DNA of 64,000 bases, taken from the NCBI GenBank assembly GCA_036170915.1, contig JAVHQC010000018.1, forward strand, positions 1 to 64,000. Direction: 5' to 3'. The notes beneath the pieces are model-generated. The model ran no database searches. It had not been told where the DNA came from and saw only the letters and a list, made by a program, of their open reading frames with translations. The stretch's first letter is position 1, and every line of letters begins with the position of its first letter. The position numbers and the translations under genes are program-made. Source of the DNA: Cyanobacteria bacterium auto_48_18. GTDB taxonomy: Bacteria > Cyanobacteriota > Vampirovibrionia > Obscuribacterales > Obscuribacteraceae. Below, piece after piece: positions 61,579-64,000 of this stretch.

Positions 61579-61734
61579 TCATCCCTCGCTGCTAAAACAG
61601 GTTGCCAGGCGCATAAGGCCCGTGAAAACAAAAAGTATATTTACTTTCCATATTGTACGACCAGCGCAGGCCTCTGAGGCATAGTTTGAATAAGTCAAAT
61701 TCTTAGAAAATATTGGCTTGCATTCAAAACAGTG

Positions 61735-62412
61735 TCATTTCGAGACTGTTTTACCAAGGCCTAAATCGCCTTTGAGCTTTGACAACAAATCGGCAGTGGG
61801 TTTATCAGGCGGCGGATTTTTCGCTACTTCCACGACCAGACCCCGGGCCTCAACCTTGCCTTCTTCAGTGCTGGCCAGGCATTGGGCCAGACCAAGCTTG
61901 GCAGCATCAAAATCAGGCGCCAACTTTAAAAGCTTGCGATAAATCACTATGCCCTCGGCATTCTTGCCCGCTTTGCGGTAAGCCTCGGCCAACTTAAAAG
62001 AGTGCAGTGAGCTAAATTCATTGCCCACCGCCGCCTTGCGGTAGTGAACAATTGCTTCTTCACTTTTACCAAAATGATCAAGCACCTGACCCATCATCAT
62101 TTCGATAGTCAAAATTTGCGGATACTTCTTGTTGAGCGCTTGCAATTCAGCCATGGCCGTCTTCTCATCGCCGGCGCAGGCCTTGCGCCAGGCATGCAGA
62201 CAACCGTCTGAAATTACAGTTTCAGCATTCATATCAAACTGCTGAGAGCTCTGCACCGTGCCAGGGGCCTCAGACTCAACGTGGATTGTATTCTTTTGCT
62301 CAAGTTTGCCAAAACGTTCTGAAGGCGGGTCGACTCGCCCGGAACAGGCTCCTAAGCTCAATACTGCCGTGAAGCAGATCAGCGTTCTATGGAAGTAGTG
62401 TGGCATGACCAA
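61735..62412 (-). CDS. TPR lipoprotein
   Basis: Lipobox LGAC; TPR repeats. Confidence 0.7.
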   Translation of the reverse strand: MVMPHYFHRTLICFTAVLSLGACSGRVDPPSERFGKLEQKNTIHVESEAPGTVQSSQQFDMNAETVISDGCLHAWRKACAGDEKTAMAELQALNKKYPQILTIEMMMGQVLDHFGKSEEAIVHYRKAAVGNEFSSLHSFKLAEAYRKAGKNAEGIVIYRKLLKLAPDFDAAKLGLAQCLASTEEGKVEARGLVVEVAKNPPPDKPTADLLSKLKGDLGLGKTVSK

Positions 62413-63070
62413 ATCCTTGCATAACTCTTGGCTCTTTTACCTTAGATATGGACAAATCGCGGTTAAGAGTGCCTTCCGGCAGGGGTGGAGGATTGGTCTC
62501 CATGGTGTCGTCACTGGCAAAGGCTTTGTCTAAAGACTGACCATGCTTCGCCTTCGCCTGCAAAAATCTGATGCGTTGATTGACTTTGTTGGCAAATTTT
62601 TCTGGCACGCCATTGTCATAAACCAGCTCTACCAGCACCTTGCCTGCGGTGTAATTATCCCCTTTCTTTTCGTAAAGCTCAGACAGGGCCACACGCAAAA
62701 ACAAATCTTTGGGTTTCTCAGCTTTGGCAAAATTTAGACGACTGATGGCATCATCTAATAACTGTTTATCGCTTGAAATTACAGAAAGCTGGTGATATGC
62801 ATGATAAAAAGCGGGGTCAAGTTCAGTCACTGCGAGGTATTCGTGGCTCGCTTCTTTGTTGCGACCGAGCTTGCGCAGACCCTCAGCGTAAGCGTAACGC
62901 ACTTTAGCATCAGAAGGTTCAGCCTCTACGCGAGCTTTTAGATGCACCAGATCTGGTGCAGCGACGGCACCAGAGGCGACACCATGCGAACTGTGCTGAA
63001 TCGCTTGAGCGATAGCAGTTGTTTGGCATAAAGCAGTGATAGTGACTGCGAGCAAAATAACTTTCAACAT
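62387..63070 (-). CDS. Exported TPR protein
   Basis: Signal peptide from ATG 63070; VRYAYAEGLRKLG TPR. Confidence 0.7.
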   Translation of the reverse strand: MLKVILLAVTITALCQTTAIAQAIQHSSHGVASGAVAAPDLVHLKARVEAEPSDAKVRYAYAEGLRKLGRNKEASHEYLAVTELDPAFYHAYHQLSVISSDKQLLDDAISRLNFAKAEKPKDLFLRVALSELYEKKGDNYTAGKVLVELVYDNGVPEKFANKVNQRIRFLQAKAKHGQSLDKAFASDDTMETNPPPLPEGTLNRDLSISKVKEPRVMQGFGHATLLP

Positions 63071-63207
63071 ATGCTGTTTTCTGTTTCCTGAACCGCCAAC
63101 AAAAACAATTGAGGCCTTAGAAAAGCCATGATAGCGGTTTTTTGGCAAAATCGCCCTTGCATTACTCTCAGGCCTTTGACAAAACCAGTTAAAAAGACCC
63201 AAAGGTC

Positions 63208-63453
63208 CTATGCAGCTGCTGTCTTGCGGATTATTAGTCTGTGATAATTTGCTTCAATTTTAGTTGAACTTTCAACCAGATGGCCTTCACTCATAACACT
63301 GCTGGTGACGCTTTCGATTGGTTCCCCATCATCGAGTAATACTTCAAGAAGCTCACCAGCGACCATTTTGTCTAATCGCAAACGCGTTTTGACAAAATTC
63401 ATAGGGCAAGCAACCCCTCTTAAATCAAGTAAAAAACTATTCTGGGCTTCCAT
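63208..63453 (-). CDS. TusA/SirA-family sulfurtransferase
   Basis: LDLRGVACPMNFVK...GELLEVLLD. Confidence 0.9.
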   Translation of the reverse strand: MEAQNSFLLDLRGVACPMNFVKTRLRLDKMVAGELLEVLLDDGEPIESVTSSVMSEGHLVESSTKIEANYHRLIIRKTAAA

Positions 63454-63473
63454 GCAATTTCCTTCTTTTAGTT

Positions 63474-63770
63474 TTAGCCCCTTTTGCTAAAGCAAAGGGT
63501 CGGCAAGCAGCCAACCGGGTCAGGGCATACATCTTGAGCAGCATAGAGCTTCCATTGTTTAGCAAAACATTCGCGACTGACTATATATGCAGCCAGCGAA
63601 TCTAACAATTCTTCAGCGCTTTTATTATTATCGGCCGCCAGACATTTCAGGCAGAGAACATCTTTGTCTTCGCCCAGGGCGAGGTTAAGCACTTGCTGCC
63701 TCAAGCAAAGATGGGCGGAGCAAAAGAGGCAAATAGCCGGAATTTCATCAATTAGTTGACAAGATTGCAT
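63474..63770 (-). CDS. Cys-rich hypothetical protein
   Basis: CLFC, CLKC, RECF, CPDPVGC. Confidence 0.6.
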   Translation of the reverse strand: MQSCQLIDEIPAICLFCSAHLCLRQQVLNLALGEDKDVLCLKCLAADNNKSAEELLDSLAAYIVSRECFAKQWKLYAAQDVCPDPVGCLPTLCFSKRG

Positions 63771-63873
63771 TAATTCAGTCGGTCAAGTGGGGCAACTACG
63801 TAGATCTGTGGGACGACCACCTTATCAAATTCCAGATTACTACCATAATCTTATCTTTAATTGTAAAGGGGTC

Positions 63874-64000
63874 GTGAATTTGCCCAAGCTCGAGGCCGTC
63901 CATTCAAGTGATGCATCAAAGCCCCCCGAAAATGGCGGCTTAAACTTGATGGACCTGACGGCGTCAAATAAGTCTGTCAAGGCCGAAAAGTCTGACCCCA
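63874..64000 (+). CDS. Possible partial CDS running off the window end
   Basis: AAAGGGG then GTG; open frame VNLPKLEAVHSSDASKPPENG... to the end. Confidence 0.35.
   Translation, partial: MNLPKLEAVHSSDASKPPENGGLNLMDLTASNKSVKAEKSDP

Noticed and set aside
3572..63490. Numerous short antisense or nested ORFs in the six-frame track
   Set aside because: They overlap well-supported genes and show no motifs, so they are treated as shadow ORFs.
1..64000. Genome-wide TGA reassignment (code 4/25), suggested by three in-frame TGAs
   Set aside because: Full-length genes end in TGA, including coupled ATGA/GTGA overlaps (hsdM/hsdS, hsdS/hsdR, arsI/arsC, arsD/arsA). The tRNA-Gly here has anticodon TCC, not TCA.
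1..64000. CRISPR array, IS element or rRNA
   Set aside because: No regularly spaced repeats, transposase ORF or rRNA-like sequence was seen.

Overview
Bacterial chromosomal window. The many TPR and secreted hypothetical genes suggest Melainabacteria/Obscuribacterales, but this is tentative. (1) 1-13842 is the right-hand part of an integrative element. It ends at a 3' tRNA-fMet fragment (att site) next to a tyrosine integrase. It carries Xis/AlpA-like HTH genes, a DnaJ-domain membrane protein, an EVE-domain gene and a complete type I R-M system. It also carries an unusual coupled pair: a small DUF4258-like protein and a methyltransferase-TRD fusion with degenerate catalytic motifs. (2) ~14-38 kb is a stress/detox-rich block: a hemerythrin-like protein, an orphan AbiEi-like gene, SulP, an arsR-arsI-arsC-arsD-arsA-usp operon with no arsenite permease, a persulfide dioxygenase/rhodanese/TauE operon, glgX, phosphoketolase, channels, an EmrAB-like pump and LysR. 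(3) 38-64 kb is mostly core-like: TPR genes, a degenerate VirB4-like protein, tRNA-Gly(TCC), hisC, recQ, HAD/DeoR, hppD and a TusA-like gene. The best hidden signal is a small membrane ORF missing from the ORF track (21843-22079, minus strand) inside the sulfur operon. It has an in-frame TGA (U-M-S-Q-S-C) followed 11 nt later by a perfect GGUC-loop hairpin, making it a candidate selenoprotein. Two other genes also carry in-frame TGAs. All calls come from reading the sequence by eye; no searches were run.
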